Source of the DNA: Stylophora pistillata
Lineage: Eukaryota
NCBI RefSeq assembly: GCF_002571385.2
Contig: NW_019217861.1
Span: 547,529 to 611,528, forward strand
Direction of reading: 5' to 3'
DNA: 64,000 nucleotides
Under the pieces are notes generated by a model. It did no database searches. It was not told the DNA's origin and saw only the letters and a program-made list of their open reading frames with translations. This document shows positions 61,297 through 64,000 of the stretch, piece after piece. Within the stretch, counting starts at the first letter, position 1. Each line of letters begins with the position of its first letter. The position numbers were made by a program, and so were the translations under genes.

Positions 61297-61545
61297 ATGA
61301 AAGGAGTTGGTCAACGCCGCCGCATCGTGAACTACATCGAGTGTTACCTGGACGAATATGATTACTATAATTTTGATCCTGTGGCGACAAATATGAGCCA
61401 CTCCCGGAAAGGACGATCAAAGAAGGAGGCCAGTTTGAATACGAACAGATCGAACCCGGCAGGCCACGAGAGAAAAGTCCTGACGAAATTGCAAAATACG
61501 GAGAAGAAGAGGAAAGGGAGCAAGCCTCGAGTTTCTGCAAAGTGA
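61297..61545 (+). CDS. NUPR1: Nuclear protein 1 (p8/NUPR1) family stress-induced chromatin protein, 82 aa, intronless CDS
   Basis: LDEYDYYNF...RKGRSKKEASLNTNRSNPAGHERKVLTKLQNTEKKRK closely matches the NUPR1 core (human RKGRTKREAAANTNRPSPGGHERKLVTKLQNSERKKR). It is the first ATG after the TATA box. Confidence 0.92.
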   Translation: MKGVGQRRRIVNYIECYLDEYDYYNFDPVATNMSHSRKGRSKKEASLNTNRSNPAGHERKVLTKLQNTEKKRKGSKPRVSAK

Positions 61546-63453
61546 AGCGTCTAGGATTTTGAAAAACGAAATGCCCCCGTCTCCACCGAAAAACAAGTTT
61601 AGCTGGAAGGACAGAGCGATGAAGGAACTGTAAAATTTTCAATCAATCAAAGTGTTTTGAAATGAACTACTGTAGCTTGAACGGGAATGCAGGTCGCGTT
61701 CTATTGTTTTGTAAAAATCGGTAACTAATCACATGTTTATGGTTAGGTTTTTCTCACTGTGCCGGAATGCAGATGTGAATTTAACTCATTAAGAGTGAGT
61801 TCCAACTGACTAAGCAACCCAAACACTACAGTTGAACTTTCGGAAACATGCGAGTCTATGATATTGAGGATAAACAAACATTTGATCGCGTAACGCTAAT
61901 ATTTGTAACTACACTTGTCCGGCACGCAGTTTGATATGAAGAAGGATTTAAACAGGTACCTGTTAGTAGCACCTTTTGTTATAATGAGTCCAAAAATTCC
62001 CATTAAAGTAAAATCAACAGCAATTTAAGGACAAATTAGAGTGTTGTATGTGTGTAAGAAACCCTGATTCGGTCGCACATAAGTTTCTGGAGTTGGGAGA
62101 CAAGAAGTTTAAATGCCAGAATTTATACGGTAGTATAAAGGAAAGCCTGCTTGCAGGTGTCACTTTGGATGTTATGTATAATGAAACAAATGCGTGCTCC
62201 ATTTTTATTCCTTTCACTTTGCCTGGTTGACTTTGCGTGTTTTTATTCTTAACTACATATCTAGTGGTTCACATAGGATGACGCTTTGCGATTTAATTCT
62301 TTTGGCACTTGTAGAGTACTAATCCCACCTGGTTTTAAAATGTTGCTTTCTACCCTTTTAACTAACAATGGGTTTTTGTTCTCTGGTACATCTCAATGAT
62401 CTTTGAAAGACAGTCTTTTACCACAATTGCAAACAAAACAAGTCCAGACACGTCTTTGAAGGCTGATATAGATATACTCCCAAACAGAGCTTGCTGTTGA
62501 TAGACTTGCGGTTTTGCTTTGCACGGTTTTTTAATTCTTCTCGGCATCTGAAATGTACGTTCGTGTGATCGATTTGCTTCCTCGCCTGAAGTTTTCTCTT
62601 TTGCGTGTGCGCCACTGGTGAACCTGTTACTCGATCCGGGCAGGACAGTATGCTTAGATAGAATATGGAATTGCTCATAAACATTTGATTAACATCGTGA
62701 ACGCTCATCCGCGATCTGGCCAGACACTCATTTTATTGAAACTAAGATAAACAATTCCATTAAATCTCTTTGACATTGACTCAAAATCAATCCACCTTAA
62801 CCTCACACAACTTTAAAAGAGTTCTAACACGTGACTTGTCTACTTTTCAGACTGAAGCGACTTTTTAAACCTTAAAATATAACTTCATCTTTAAGTGGCT
62901 AGGCTATACCTTCACCTTTAAGTGCCTTGGGAAAAAATCATCCCGTAACCACCCAATGTAAAAGAAAATTGCAAAAAAATAAAATCAAATTGTGATTGTT
63001 TATGCCTTCAATTATTCAAAGAATTTTAACATTTCCAACTTGAAAACTAGTGAATGCTTTGACTCCTAAGGTCTGATTCACACTTTTCCACTCTGGCTGC
63101 TATGCATTTATTGTACGCGATTTTATAGAGAGACGTTGGGGTTCTAAATGACATCCTTCATTTGGCATAAAAACATACTTTTCCGTACTGATCGTTCGAG
63201 GAGTAAACACTTTTCCTAGAGGGGAGCACGAAGAAATTAGCACGCTTTGAGGAACCAGTAATGTCAAGGGCCTACTACACGCGATTGTGTTCAAGCCAAA
63301 TGAAGGTTATCGTATCTATGATCCTTCAAATATCTATTTGCAGCGCGTGGAACAAAACGGTTGCTATCAGCTAATCGTGGAGAAAGGACGTTGATATTAA
63401 AGAGAATGATGACCAAATTAGTGTATTGTTAATCACCTCTGGAAGTCAAAGGG

Positions 63454-64000
63454 CTAAAGCACCATGAAAAAGAAGACGACAGCCACAAATGAAACAGCTA
63501 AAGTGCAGAAGAACAACGTTCTCTGCCATTGAAACTCGCACTTCTTAAAATCCTCATTCGGCCAATAGCCCCTCAAGCAGTCTGTGCATGTGTAATCATC
63601 CTTCACGATTTGATTGTAGTGGCAGATCGCACACGACCAGCAACACTCAGTATTATTCTTTAAGACTCGAATGTGACCTGGAGGGCACTGGGTACCACAA
63701 GAGGATTTTGGCGCCGTTTGATTCCGCCACGTGATTCCAAGCTCGTTGATATACCATGAACTGTTCCAGGTACCAACAGTAACATGGCTTTTGACAGATC
63801 CATTCGACTTCACAGAGATCAAAGAAAACATATTTTCTTTCATATGCTGCTGACCTGAGAAACGCTTCCAGTTTTGACTGTAAAATACGTCTAGTACGTG
63901 TCCCAGACTCCTGGAGAACACTACTCGGTCGAGCTGCGTCGTGGTGTGGCCGATGATGGCGCGAGATGCCTTTTCGTACGCATGTGCAAACAAATAAATA
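63454..64000 (-). CDS. Class C GPCR-like (mGluR/CaSR-type) protein, 3' part: end of ectodomain, nine-cysteine domain, one hydrophobic segment, then stop
   Basis: VTVGTW; PKSSCGTQCPPG...ECCWSCAIC...TCTDCLRGYWPNEDFKKC (all 9 Cys present); TLFFCTLAVSFVAVVFFFMVL*. The 5' part lies outside the window. Confidence 0.75.
   Translation of the reverse strand, partial: IYLFAHAYEKASRAIIGHTTTQLDRVVFSRSLGHVLDVFYSQNWKRFSGQQHMKENMFSLISVKSNGSVKSHVTVGTWNSSWYINELGITWRNQTAPKSSCGTQCPPGHIRVLKNNTECCWSCAICHYNQIVKDDYTCTDCLRGYWPNEDFKKCEFQWQRTLFFCTLAVSFVAVVFFFMVL

Noticed and set aside
61211-61642. 143-aa minus-strand ORF
   Set aside because: Antisense shadow of NUPR1 with no recognisable features.
62362-62708. Short minus-strand ORFs as downstream exons of the class C receptor
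   Set aside because: No 7TM character or recognisable motifs.

Overview
This is AT-rich (roughly 37-40% GC by eye) eukaryotic genomic DNA with GT-AG introns and five N-gaps. The repeat families and gene content suggest an anthozoan cnidarian, probably a stony coral (inference). The ORF track is mostly uninformative because the real genes are spliced, so I reconstructed exons by hand. (1) 4.8-12.5 kb: a cluster of secreted proteins built from one-exon-per-repeat twin-cysteine modules (CX6C-X10/12-CX6C) that I cannot assign to a known family; the copies are partly decayed. (2) Two divergently transcribed, complete but N-terminal-only dystrophin/utrophin-family genes (13920-23377 minus, about 757 aa; 30840-45303 plus, about 1033 aa). 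Each has CH1-CH2 plus about 4 spectrin repeats, lacks the WW/EF/ZZ/coiled-coil region, and ends in a shared Cys-plus-basic tail. This is the most striking system here. (3) 45.5-57.6 kb: a rearranged block with L2-type LINE debris, a kinase fragment, a type I PKS/FAS-like pseudogene and local duplications. (4) An intronless NUPR1/p8 gene with three C/EBP-ATF (AARE/CARE) sites in its promoter. (5) The 3' part of a class C GPCR-like ORF that stops after one hydrophobic segment. Penelope-like elements with minimal hammerhead ribozymes, MITEs, SINEs and a large palindrome are scattered throughout.
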